From contig CAWHDT010000003.1 of NCBI GenBank assembly GCA_963828195.1, positions 160,001-224,000 on the forward strand: a DNA stretch of 64,000 nt, written 5' to 3'. The notes beneath the pieces are model-generated. The model was not told where the DNA came from. It worked only from the letters and a program-made list of their open reading frames with translations, and ran no database searches. Shown in pieces: positions 28,456-37,342 of this stretch. Made by a program: the position numbers and the translations under genes. The first letter of the stretch is position 1. Every line of letters starts with the position of its first letter. This DNA is from Candidatus Bathyarchaeota archaeon. GTDB lineage: Archaea; Thermoproteota; Bathyarchaeia; Bathyarchaeales; Bathycorpusculaceae.

Positions 28456-28713
28456 TTAAGGCGGAACTTGCTTGCTGGCAACCATGAGGATTTGGCTGAT
28501 TAAGAATTCTTCATCAGCGCTTTTGTGTTTAGCCCTGTGATTCTTTATGGCTCTATCCATGGCGGATAAGTCAGGGACCACCAAGATTTTTGCTCCGCAA
28601 GAACACCTTACAATGGGCATTTTTGACCTAAACTTTGGTTTGTGGCTTCGACCGAGTTCTTTTTCGATTTTATAATCGATGTGTTGATTTTTCTTTATGT
28701 TCTTACTCTCCAC
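28456..28713 (-). CDS. small putative metal-binding protein
   Basis: CSCG...H...H pattern (CSCGAKILVVPDLSAMDRAIKNHRAKH). Confidence 0.6.
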   Translation of the reverse strand: MESKNIKKNQHIDYKIEKELGRSHKPKFRSKMPIVRCSCGAKILVVPDLSAMDRAIKNHRAKHKSADEEFLISQILMVASKQVPP

Positions 28714-28787
28714 ATAAAAAGCTGTATTGTATCTTCTGACATCGGAAGAGCGATAAAATAATATCCTGTTTAATTCCTATTAAATAT

Positions 28788-28813
28788 TTGTTGTCAGCTG
28801 CAAACAATCACAA
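28788..28813 (+). promoter_or_regulatory. 26-bp motif (site 4 of 5)
   Basis: TTGTTGTCAGCTGCAAACAATCACAA; a TATA-like sequence lies on the minus strand next to the left half. Confidence 0.65.
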
Positions 28814-29012
28814 AACAACAAATCTAAAATGGTTGCGTCAAAAACGAGCCCAAGCAGTCTCCACTGAAAAAGAAAAATGACTCTGCGCTTGACTTTAACC
28901 CACCTTGTCGCCGTTTCAGCCAGCATTTGTTGTCTCAGATTGATACCACATTGTTTTATAACTTTCCATAGAGAACATCATTAAAACAAGAAGGGAAGAA
29001 GGAAGGAGCTTT

Positions 29013-29594
29013 TTGGAGGTGAATTTTTTGAGAAAGAAAATTTTGATTATTGCAATAATTTCTGTTCTTTTAGTTGCAGTTCCTCTTGTGATAGCGACAG
29101 TGGAAAATCAACAAACCACAATCAATGTCAGTGGAACGGCAAGTTATCCAAATGCTGCGTCCACGCCCGACCCGACCGCAACCCCCAGCGCCTCTCCGGT
29201 GGCGACGGTAAGTTATTCTTTAACGTTGCCTAATGGCACGGCTTATCCGTCTTCATTAACTAATTTTCCGTTGATTGTGGAAGTCGACAATGGACCGATT
29301 GCTCCAGTGGTAGTTGGCGAAGTATTTAATGTCACCAACACGGGCAACGTGCCGATCAACATGACTGTGGCCGCGACAAACTTGAACTTGCCCAGCAACT
29401 TATCATTTAACTTGGGATGGGGAAACTATAATGGAGGAGCCTCAACAGTTGATGTGGGTCAATCTATAACGATGTATTTCCTCCCAACAGCTTATCCAAC
29501 GACTTTGTACTACCCCAACGGAACATTAACATTCACTCCGGGAGCAACGTTCAGCTACAGCTTCAACATCGTGATATCCGCAATAGAAGCCTAA
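29013..29594 (+). CDS. secreted/anchored hypothetical protein
   Basis: N-terminal hydrophobic helix, PT linker, Ig-like NVTNTGNVPI motif. Confidence 0.75.
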   Translation: MEVNFLRKKILIIAIISVLLVAVPLVIATVENQQTTINVSGTASYPNAASTPDPTATPSASPVATVSYSLTLPNGTAYPSSLTNFPLIVEVDNGPIAPVVVGEVFNVTNTGNVPINMTVAATNLNLPSNLSFNLGWGNYNGGASTVDVGQSITMYFLPTAYPTTLYYPNGTLTFTPGATFSYSFNIVISAIEA

Positions 29595-30015
29595 GTTTCT
29601 TGAAAAAGTAAAGCTATTTTTAATTAGTTTAGTTTGTTTGAACAGCGTTTTTTGAAATTCAGAATCTTTAAGGTTTAGTGGGCTCCAAGCCCTGCCCTTT
29701 TTTATGGAAACCTAGAATAAATCAATAAATCAGTTAGCCCTGAAAATTATCCTTGTGTAGTTCTGTTGGTCAAATAGACATCTTCCTCAACTTTTTCACA
29801 AGCTTTATTAAGATTTACTACACACAAGTTTTTCTGCGAAGAAACATGCATCACTCAACAAAAAAAGACCGTGAGAGTGACTAAAAAAATGCGAAAGTTA
29901 ACTTGAAAAGCCTTGTCAAGTTGGCTTCGCAAAGAGCATTAATTGAATTTGCAAAAACCTCTTATATCGACTTCGCCGATAAGGGGAACAATAATTCAGG
30001 AAGAGAGAGAGAAAA

Positions 30016-32451
30016 ATGAAAACAAACAAGTTAGGGAACATAGTTGATTCCATAAACTTTAGGAAGCTTGCAAAGCCATTAGCACTTTTCACCATTGCAA
30101 TCTTTGCCATAAGCGCAGTTTCAGTTTTTTCGCTGTCTGGAGTTCACGCTGCATCAGCAACGCTGGCGCTGCATACTTCGGGGAACCAGATACTTAACTC
30201 AAACAACAACGTTGTGTATCTACGCGGGATGGGCATAGCTGGAATGACGCCGGACCTGATTCTCTGGGGGACAGGCTCTAGCGACAGTTGGGGCGACCAA
30301 TGGGGCTCAGCCTCGTCAACAGCGGTAACCCAAACGCTAACAGAGCTATCCAGCGCCTGGAACGTAAACATGCTACGCATCTTCATTTACCCAGAATGGT
30401 GGATGCTAAATGGGGCAGACGGTACCGCAAACGGCGAAAACGTGCAGAGCTACGTTGAGACTTTGGCCAGTGAAGCAGAAGCGGCAGGCATCTATATCGA
30501 CATCGTGCCTTACCAGTTAACTGCCTGCTCAGGCTCGTTCAGCTCCGACCCGTATCTTACGCCTAACCAAGCTGGGTCTCAGGGACTGCCCATGTGCGGT
30601 AACTGGGACAGTGCAGGACAAGCATTCCTCAGCTACGAAGAAAGCCAAAACGGCTATGCTAATGAACAGGCATTCTGGACTGCGTACTGGACGTCTATGG
30701 CTAACGCGCTCAAAGCTTACCCAAACGTGATCTTTGAAGCTTGGAACGAACCTATGGGTTCATCAACCAACACCGTAACCTCAGGATACATGACTTATCT
30801 TACCACGATGTACAATGCTATACGCGGCACAGGCGCAACCAACTTGATTTTCATGCAGTGGAACTGCGGTTGGGAACCAAACGTTGGCCAGACACTGGGC
30901 TGGGCTTCGACGATATCTTCAGCTATTGGAAGCCCAACGAATTTGGCGTTTACAACGCACCTTTACTATTACGCGCCTTCGGACCTTACTTCGTACTGGA
31001 ACCAGAACGGTAAAGATTCTAGTTCAGGCGGGGTTCCTATGACTACTGCTCAGCTTGAAACGCAGCTTCAGAGTCTGCAAAGCGGCATGGACGTCAGCGC
31101 TCCACTGGTCATTAATGAGGAAGGCTCATGCCTATCCTCGTCTAGCAATACCGCAAACGACGCTACGTGGTGGACTAATTTGCTTACCGCTCAATATGCC
31201 TGTGGAATTGGCGACGGGGCTTATTATTGGCTTAGCAGCAGCGGTCTTGGCGGAACTTATGATGGTGAAGAGCTGTTGTCAAGCGGTTACACGCCGAACA
31301 CTATGGGACAAGACTACATCAATGCGTACGTAGCGCCATCTCCAACGCCAACCCCTACCGCAACGCCTACACCTACTTCAACGCCCACGCCAACCCCAAC
31401 ACCTACACCTGCACCAACCGCTACTCCAAAACCCACCGCAACTCCAACGCCAGCCCCAACCGCCACACCGACTCCAACCCCAACACCAAAACCAACAGCA
31501 ACCCCAACACCAGTTCCAACTACTGCTCCAACTCCCACGCCAACTGCAACCCCGACTCCAACTCCAGACCCGACCCCAGTTCCAACGGCCGATCCAACTC
31601 CAGCACCTACAGCAGCTCCAACCCCAACTCCTGTACCAACCGCTACGCCAACACCAACTCCGGCTCCAACGCCAGTTCCAACTCCAGCGCCGACAGCCGA
31701 TCCAACTCCAGCTCCGACACCAGCACCAACGGCTGATCCAACTCCAGCACCTACCCCGGTTCCGACCGCGGATCCTACGCCAGCGCCAACGCCGGCTCCA
31801 ACTACCGCACCAACTTCGGCGCCAACTCCAAAACCGACACAAGCCCCAACATCGCAGCCTGCCGCAGCAAATATAGTGCAGAACGGCGGTTTTGAATCTG
31901 GAACTTCACCTTGGACATTAGTTATCTCAAATCCATCGCAATATGCAGGAACGCTCACTCAGAGCTCCGACGCTTACTCTGGCAAATACAGCGGCCAATT
32001 CACAGTAACCAAATATCAGCAGGGCGGATCAGGCTACATAACTGTGCTGCAGACAATTCCAGCTCAAGTGGGAAAAACATACACGCTGCAGTTCTACTAC
32101 AAATCAACCATGACAGTTTACCCACACATATTCTGCTTCGGCTCCTCGTGGAATACAATCGAAATGTTCAGCGGAAAAGCCTTACCCCCGACAAACACAT
32201 GGACTCTGGTAACGATGACTTTCGGATCAATTCCCTCAGGCACCTCAATCACACAAATACACTTTGACGTCGCTTCAACCGGAACCTTCAAAGTAGACAA
32301 CGTCACCGCAGTTGATCCACCTTCAACTCCATCATCAGCGACAACATCAACACTAACGCCACAACCTGCGTTGTTCGCATCTTCACCAATTCGTCAGTTC
32401 CTGACTTCCCAGTGGGAACATGCACTTTTGCGCGCTGTTGCTTTCATTTAA
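30016..32451 (+). CDS. secreted GH5 glycoside hydrolase with long Pro/Thr linker and CBM4_9-like domain
   Basis: Signal peptide, [11 protein letters not shown], catalytic WNEP and INEEG, H.Y motif, ~180-aa PT linker, [14 protein letters not shown] start. Confidence 0.92.
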   Translation: MKTNKLGNIVDSINFRKLAKPLALFTIAIFAISAVSVFSLSGVHAASATLALHTSGNQILNSNNNVVYLRGMGIAGMTPDLILWGTGSSDSWGDQWGSASSTAVTQTLTELSSAWNVNMLRIFIYPEWWMLNGADGTANGENVQSYVETLASEAEAAGIYIDIVPYQLTACSGSFSSDPYLTPNQAGSQGLPMCGNWDSAGQAFLSYEESQNGYANEQAFWTAYWTSMANALKAYPNVIFEAWNEPMGSSTNTVTSGYMTYLTTMYNAIRGTGATNLIFMQWNCGWEPNVGQTLGWASTISSAIGSPTNLAFTTHLYYYAPSDLTSYWNQNGKDSSSGGVPMTTAQLETQLQSLQSGMDVSAPLVINEEGSCLSSSSNTANDATWWTNLLTAQYACGIGDGAYYWLSSSGLGGTYDGEELLSSGYTPNTMGQDYINAYVAPSPTPTPTATPTPTSTPTPTPTPTPAPTATPKPTATPTPAPTATPTPTPTPKPTATPTPVPTTAPTPTPTATPTPTPDPTPVPTADPTPAPTAAPTPTPVPTATPTPTPAPTPVPTPAPTADPTPAPTPAPTADPTPAPTPVPTADPTPAPTPAPTTAPTSAPTPKPTQAPTSQPAAANIVQNGGFESGTSPWTLVISNPSQYAGTLTQSSDAYSGKYSGQFTVTKYQQGGSGYITVLQTIPAQVGKTYTLQFYYKSTMTVYPHIFCFGSSWNTIEMFSGKALPPTNTWTLVTMTFGSIPSGTSITQIHFDVASTGTFKVDNVTAVDPPSTPSSATTSTLTPQPALFASSPIRQFLTSQWEHALLRAVAFI
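31333..31860 (+). repeat. coding low-complexity repeat ([10 protein letters not shown] linker)
   Basis: Repeated CCN-ACN codons; explains the shadow ORFs on the minus strand. Confidence 0.9.
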
Positions 32452-32570
32452 AACTAAAAACCCTTTTTTATTTTTTTTTACTTTTTAAACTTGCCCGCGT
32501 CCATCTTGCCTAGTCATCATGTTTGAAGCAAGGGTTTTAGCATTAACCCCTATGTTTCTTATAGAAGCGT

Positions 32571-32596
32571 TTGTTGTAGGCTTGGTACAGTCACAA
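32571..32596 (+). promoter_or_regulatory. 26-bp motif abutting a TATA box (site 5 of 5)
   Basis: TTGTTGTAGGCTTGGTACAGTCACAA followed by CTTTTAATG. Confidence 0.7.
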
Positions 32597-32637
32597 CTTT
32601 TAATGAGCGCCCAACAGCCCTAATTTATTGAGGTTAA

Positions 32638-33219
32638 ATGATGAAGATCGCTATTATCGGAAAAGGCAACGTCGGCAGTGCATTAGGCAGAGGCTTAAGC
32701 GGCAAGCACGACGTAAAATTTGGTCACCGCGACCCAGCCGAGCCAGTTGCTGCCGCAGCTAAATGGGGAGAAATAATAATACTTGCTGTACCGCACGATA
32801 ACGCAAATGAAGCTCGAGAAGAGATAAAGCCGTATGCCGACGGAAAAATAGTGATTGACGCAATGAATGCAATTGGCGCAGACAGTGAGTTAGGCATAAG
32901 CTGCACTACATCGACAGCGGAGGAAACACAGAAAACGCTGCCGAAAGCGCGCGTAGTTAAAGCATTCAACACCGTTTTTGCGCAGAACCAAAGCACGGGC
33001 AAAGTTGGCAAAGAACAGATAACCGCTTTCATTGCTGGAGACGACTTGAAAGCCAAGCAGACTGTCGCCCAGCTTTCACGGGACATCGGTTTTGACCCAG
33101 TTGACTGCGGACCATTAAAGACTGCGCGGTACCTGGAAGCGATGGCAATAATGATAATCAACTTAGCCTACATGTATGGAATGGGACCGAAAATAGGATA
33201 CAAACTGGTAAAAACCTAA
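32638..33219 (+). CDS. NADPH-dependent F420 reductase-family oxidoreductase
   Basis: IAIIGKGNVG Rossmann motif, IILAVP, VVKAFNT, AGDD. Confidence 0.9.
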   Translation: MMKIAIIGKGNVGSALGRGLSGKHDVKFGHRDPAEPVAAAAKWGEIIILAVPHDNANEAREEIKPYADGKIVIDAMNAIGADSELGISCTTSTAEETQKTLPKARVVKAFNTVFAQNQSTGKVGKEQITAFIAGDDLKAKQTVAQLSRDIGFDPVDCGPLKTARYLEAMAIMIINLAYMYGMGPKIGYKLVKT

Positions 33220-33233
33220 GGTTAAAATTATTC

Positions 33234-33285
33234 TTATAAAATTTTGAAAGAACAACAACACCTGGAGAGCAACTGTTGTTCTTCT
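33234..33285 (+). repeat. dispersed modular hairpin repeat, copy 2 (module B)
   Basis: TTATAAAATTTTGAAAGAACAACAACACCTGGAGAGCAACTGTTGTTCTTCT. Confidence 0.8.
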
Positions 33286-33385
33286 ACCAAACATGATCCA
33301 ACACACTAAACGTGGATGGTTGGTTGCGCATTTTCTATGCAGAACGAAGCATTTCAACATAGAAAATACAGCGGAGACTTTTAGC

Positions 33386-33490
33386 TCATTTGGATTTGCC
33401 GGCTTTCTTGGCGCATGCATCGCTGCAGTACTTCGACTTTGCATTAAACGTCGTGTAGGTTCTTTTGCAGACGGGGCATTTCTTATCCAT
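33386..33490 (-). CDS. 34-aa zinc-binding micro-protein MDKKCPVCKRTYTTFNAKSKYCSDACAKKAGKSK
   Basis: CxxC...YCSxxC (treble-clef/TRASH-like); AGGAGG SD and BRE-TATA (GAAAAGTTTTTAG) upstream. Confidence 0.8.
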   Translation of the reverse strand: MDKKCPVCKRTYTTFNAKSKYCSDACAKKAGKSK

Positions 33491-33591
33491 TTTAACCCTC
33501 CTGATCTTTTGAATATCTTGTTTTTATTGGCTAAAAACTTTTCTTAAGCAAACAAAATTTTGGGTAGATGAGCTGCAGGGCAACGGGTCGG

Positions 33592-34389
33592 TCAGGGCGG
33601 TAATACTGTTGCGTTGTTGGGGTAGCCTTCGCTTTCCCAGTATCCAAGGTAGCCTGTGTCGTTTGACACTTCAATTTCGGTAACCCATTTTATCCATTTG
33701 TACCCATATTGGTTTTGGGCTACAACCACAAACGGGAAGCCGGCGGCGGCTGGAAGAGTGACGTTGTTCATTTTGTAGGCTAAGATTATGTTGTTTTGCG
33801 AGATGTAATCCAGCGGCAGAGCGGTGGTGTAGCCGTCGGATGCGTGGAAGATAACAACGGTGGCTTGTGGGCTGACGCCTGAGGCTTGCAGCAGATCAGT
33901 TAATGAGACGCCTTGCCAAAGCATGGTGACGCTCCAGCCTTCCACGCAGGTCAAAGTGGCAACTTGCTGGTACGACGGAAAATTGTTGATTACGTCATTG
34001 TAGCTGTACGTCTCGGGATTGTTTACGAGTCCCGTGACGTTTAAGCTGTAAGTTGACTCGTTAATGACTTGTGTGCCGTCGATGGCGACGTCAGGATGCT
34101 GAACGATTTCTTCGAGAAAATCGGCGACCGATGTCAAGCTTTGCCCTTGATACTGGGTGACTTCGCCTGGGTAAAGAGAGGATGACGGCGACGATGTGGG
34201 AGTCACGGCGGGAGTGGGAGACGTTTCGGGTGTCGGTGTTGGGGAAATTTCGGTTGGGGTAGGTGAAGATGTAGGCGGCGGGGAAGGTTTAGAAATGCTC
34301 TGAACCACAAAAAACGACACAAGTATTATAACCACTAAAAATACAGCGACCAAAACTATCTTTATGTGTTTCTTGAGAACCTGCATCAC
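33592..34389 (-). CDS. membrane-anchored sulfite-oxidase/MsrP-like molybdopterin oxidoreductase
   Basis: LTCVEGWS...WQGVSL, DGYTTALPL, GFP...YGYKWIKWV...GYWE. Confidence 0.92.
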   Translation of the reverse strand: MMQVLKKHIKIVLVAVFLVVIILVSFFVVQSISKPSPPPTSSPTPTEISPTPTPETSPTPAVTPTSSPSSSLYPGEVTQYQGQSLTSVADFLEEIVQHPDVAIDGTQVINESTYSLNVTGLVNNPETYSYNDVINNFPSYQQVATLTCVEGWSVTMLWQGVSLTDLLQASGVSPQATVVIFHASDGYTTALPLDYISQNNIILAYKMNNVTLPAAAGFPFVVVAQNQYGYKWIKWVTEIEVSNDTGYLGYWESEGYPNNATVLPP

Positions 34390-34442
34390 AATAAAATAGT
34401 GAAGTTTAGCTTATTTATCTATGCAGCAGCAAACAAAAAATT

Positions 34443-34539
34443 AAAAGAAGAAGAAGCTTCAGAAAACAATTTTTCTTCTTCTTCCATGTGCACTTTTTCA
34501 AAAGAACAACAACAACTCAGAAGCAACTGTTGTTTTTCT
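34443..34539 (+). repeat. dispersed modular hairpin repeat, copy 3 (modules A and B)
   Basis: AAAAGAAGAAGAAGCTTCAGAAAACAATTTTTCTTCTTCTTCC, then AAAAGAACAACAACAACTCAGAAGCAACTGTTGTTTTTCT. Confidence 0.85.
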
Positions 34540-34618
34540 TAGTTGTTAAATTGTTTGTTTCGGCGCGTTTTAGAAAGTTTTAAATGGCTGATTATCCCAC
34601 TTGGTATTGTGGGAAAAG

Positions 34619-34864
34619 ATGGAGCAGGTTGTTAAAGTCGATTCAAAAGGCAGAATCTGCATTCCAGCAGAAATAAGAGAAGAAATCGGAGACACCGCAA
34701 CCATAAAAAAAACCTCTGAAGGCTACCTAATAATTCCCGGAAAACGCCAAGATGCGCACGAGAAATTGCTTAAGATTATTAATTCAAAGCATCAGCGAAC
34801 AGGCAAACCTGAGAATTGGTCACCCGAAAAAATGAAATCTATCTGGAACAAGACTGAAGAATGA
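34619..34864 (+). CDS. AbrB/MazE-family antitoxin
   Basis: VKVDSKGRICIPAEIRE motif; lies upstream of a PIN toxin. Confidence 0.9.
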   Translation: MEQVVKVDSKGRICIPAEIREEIGDTATIKKTSEGYLIIPGKRQDAHEKLLKIINSKHQRTGKPENWSPEKMKSIWNKTEE

Positions 34865-34987
34865 GCAATTCCGAAAATTTCCTTCTGGAGTTCAAAAAAC
34901 TGATTACATCTGAACCGAAGCGCAAAGGTAAACCTAAGCTTGCTAGCCCAGAAAGAAATGAAGTCTGTGTGGAGAACAGTTAAGTGA
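34861..34987 (+). pseudogene. second antitoxin C-terminal-tail minigene with a +1 frameshift
   Basis: MSNSENFLLEFKKLITSEPKRKGKPKLASPE/EMKSVWRTVK resembles the antitoxin tail KLLKIINSKHQRTGKPENWSPEKMKSIWNK. The shifted-frame stop overlaps the VapC GTG (GTGA). Confidence 0.65.
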
Positions 34988-35418
34988 TAATGGGCTTAGA
35001 CGCTAACGTGCTCTGCTACGTTCTGGATGAAGCGTATCCTGAGCACGAAAAAGTGAAATGGGTGCTAGTCCTATCAGCGGGGGATAAAATTGCACTTAAC
35101 CCCACCACAATACATGAAACATACCACACACTTGTTTTTAGCCAAAAATGGATGCCGCAAGAAGCTGCAGACGCATTAAAAACATTTTTAGAAGACCCCA
35201 CCTCCGTGTTTTTCAACCAAACAAGAAAAACCAGCATCATAGCCCTTAACTTGTCAGTAAAGCATAACCTCGGCGGCAGAGACGCCCTCATAGCAGCCAA
35301 CTTCCTATCAAACCAAACACCCATAATGCTCACCCACGACAAAGCCCTCCTAAAAATACAGAAAATAACTTGGAAAAACACCAGTTTAAATTTTAAAGAT
35401 CCATTGACCGAAGGCTAA
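34984..35418 (+). CDS. vapC: PIN-domain (VapC) toxin
   Basis: LDANVL, P.TIHET, RDALIAA, LTHD acidic tetrad. Confidence 0.92.
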   Translation: MIMGLDANVLCYVLDEAYPEHEKVKWVLVLSAGDKIALNPTTIHETYHTLVFSQKWMPQEAADALKTFLEDPTSVFFNQTRKTSIIALNLSVKHNLGGRDALIAANFLSNQTPIMLTHDKALLKIQKITWKNTSLNFKDPLTEG

Positions 35419-35495
35419 TGGGCACCTTTGCCTTGCTGTCTTTGCTTTTGCAAAAGCTTGGCCTCCAATTAAATTTAGCTGAGTTTTCTTAGCCA

Positions 35496-35600
35496 CGAAT
35501 CTTTTTGACCCGTTATTCAAGCCCTCGAGTATTTTAGCATCTCATCGATTATACGCAGTGCTATTTCCATAGGTCTTTAAATTCGCCATTTTCAAGTCAC
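35496..35600 (+). repeat. ~105-bp direct repeat, left copy (degenerate)
   Basis: Aligns with 36935-37043 (TTTTGACCCGTTATTCAA..AGTATTTTAGCATC..ATTTCCATAGG..GCCATTTTCAAG). Confidence 0.85.
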
Positions 35601-35685
35601 GCCTCTCCTTTGTTTTCCTTTACGCTGCTATAATGGTTCTGATAAGAAAAGATAATTTTGGGTATTAGAAAAAACTGTTTACAAA

Positions 35686-35746
35686 CGATATAATTTTGTA
35701 TCGGTAAGCCTTGGAATCTGACATAACCGATATATTGAAATATCGG
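35686..35746. promoter_or_regulatory. two palindromic operators (CGATAT-N6-RTATCG) upstream of fic
   Basis: 35686-35703 CGATATAATTTTGTATCG and 35727-35746 CCGATATATTGAAATATCGG. Confidence 0.65.
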
Positions 35747-35766
35747 ATTTAGCTTTAATAGCTGCC

Positions 35767-36699
35767 ATGAATTTGCTCGATGAAAGAATACACGAAAGAA
35801 TAATTGCTAAAAAGATTCGATTAGACAGTTATAGACCTCTTTCCGAAAGCTTAGTGCGAAAACTGCACGAAAACATGGAAATTGCCTATACCTATAACTC
35901 AAACGCCATTGAAGGCAATACTCTGACTTTACAAGAAACCAAGCTAGTAATTAGAGAAGGGATTACAGTAAACGGAAAAAGCCTCAGCGAGCACCTCGAA
36001 GCTGTTAATCACCCAAAAGCCATCGCTTATATCGAAGGCTTGATAAAGAACAAAATAGAGGAAAAAAACATTCTTGAGCTACACAATATCCTTTTTTCTG
36101 GTTTTTGCGAGAATGCTGGAAATTATCGGAACTGTCAGGTTTACATTGAAGGCCGGGACTTCATGCCTCCTCCAGCATTTGAAGTGCCCGAATTAATGAC
36201 GGCTTTAATCGAATGGTTGGACAAGAATCCAGAAGAATTAAGGCCCATAGAGTTGGCAGCTATCTTTCACCATAAACTTGTATTCATCCATCCCTTTGAT
36301 GATGGAAATGGGCGGATAGGCAGATTAGTAATGAATCTTGTACTGATAAAAAATGGGTATCCCTTAACTGTCATTAAGCAGGTTGACAGACGAAGATACT
36401 ATGACAGTCTCATAAAAGCTGACAACGGCGACCAAAAACCTATAGTAAATTTCGTCGCTCGCTGTGTTGAACAATCGCTAAACATCTACCTGAGCTCTGT
36501 TGAACCAAGTGAACCCAAGAATAAGCTTCTGAGTCTGGCAGAAGCATCAAAATTAAGTCCATATAGCCAGGAATATCTAAGTCTGCTTGCTCGCCGAGGC
36601 CTCATTGGGGCCATTAAAATAGGCAGAAATTGGCAAATTAGCCAAAATGCATTAGAAGAATACTTATCCGACTTGTCAAAGACTAAAGCTAAGCGATAG
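35767..36699 (+). CDS. Fic-family adenylyltransferase with C-terminal HTH (excisionase-like)
   Basis: SNAIEGN inhibitory motif, HPFDDGNGRIGR active motif, LSLAEA...YLSLLARRG.I.A.KIGRNW HTH. Confidence 0.95.
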   Translation: MNLLDERIHERIIAKKIRLDSYRPLSESLVRKLHENMEIAYTYNSNAIEGNTLTLQETKLVIREGITVNGKSLSEHLEAVNHPKAIAYIEGLIKNKIEEKNILELHNILFSGFCENAGNYRNCQVYIEGRDFMPPPAFEVPELMTALIEWLDKNPEELRPIELAAIFHHKLVFIHPFDDGNGRIGRLVMNLVLIKNGYPLTVIKQVDRRRYYDSLIKADNGDQKPIVNFVARCVEQSLNIYLSSVEPSEPKNKLLSLAEASKLSPYSQEYLSLLARRGLIGAIKIGRNWQISQNALEEYLSDLSKTKAKR

Positions 36700-36927
36700 C
36701 ACGTTGGGGAAATTTGAGCCTAATCTTGAGGATTGAAAAATCTATAACGGGTTTTTACGAAGACGTCTTTATTGAATCTAAATGACTAGAAGGGCTTAAG
36801 AGGAGACCTATGAAGAAACTTCAGCCTATCAGTCAAGCAAAACCTCGGCGGCAAAGTTCAATGAATATGCGAGCAGGCTACCAAGTTACTCTTGAGTTAC
36901 AACAGTTACAGAAGTTAAAAGTTCAAG

Positions 36928-37032
36928 TTAGGCGCGAATTTTTTTTGACCCGTTATTCAAACCCTTCAGTATTTTAGCATCCTCATCAATTATGCGCAGT
37001 GCAATTTCCATAGGGTCTTTACAATTAGCCAT
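36928..37032 (-). CDS. 34-aa micro-ORF MANCKDPMEIALRIIDEDAKILKGLNNGSKKIRA within the right repeat copy
   Basis: Starts 2 nt after the stop of 37035-37259. The left repeat copy carries the same ORF with indels. Confidence 0.5.
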   Translation of the reverse strand: MANCKDPMEIALRIIDEDAKILKGLNNGSKKIRA

Positions 37033-37043
37033 TTTCAAGCCAC
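36935..37043 (+). repeat. ~105-bp direct repeat, right copy
   Basis: Aligns with 35496-35600. Confidence 0.85.
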
Positions 37044-37259
37044 TGGCGCCAAATAGTTCACCGGAGGTTCCGCGCATATTTGAACAATCAGAACTTCCGC
37101 GTTACCGAAACGTTTCAGAGCCTCTCTATGGGCATCTTCAAAACTTGCAAAAAATCCCCTGTTAGCCTGATCTTTAATCAATACAAATTCGCCGCTATGT
37201 TTCTTTGCAAGTTCTTTCTCAATCCTATGATAATGCTCAACATCTTCTTCAAACGGCAT
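37035..37259 (-). CDS. small DUF5678-like protein
   Basis: L.K.H.GEFVLIKD...GFF.SFEDA..EA..RFG pattern. Confidence 0.7.
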   Translation of the reverse strand: MPFEEDVEHYHRIEKELAKKHSGEFVLIKDQANRGFFASFEDAHREALKRFGNAEVLIVQICAEPPVNYLAPVA

Positions 37260-37342
37260 AACATTTCACACTAAGAAACTCATTACCTAACTTTCTTACA
37301 AATCTTGCGCCTAACATACTGAGACGTTATTTTGATATAACT

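Noticed and set aside
31314-31958. 214-aa Gly/Val/Ala and 154-aa Trp/Arg/Cys ORFs on the minus strand
   Set aside because: Shadow frames of the GH5 Pro/Thr linker.
33163-33547. ORFs 33163-33444(-) and 33293-33547(+)
   Set aside because: They overlap the repeat and the better-supported 34-aa Zn-finger gene.
34365-34391. TGT-N18-ACA spacing resembling the 26-bp motif
   Set aside because: Lacks the TGTKG and ACARTCACA cores and lies in a coding start; probably chance.
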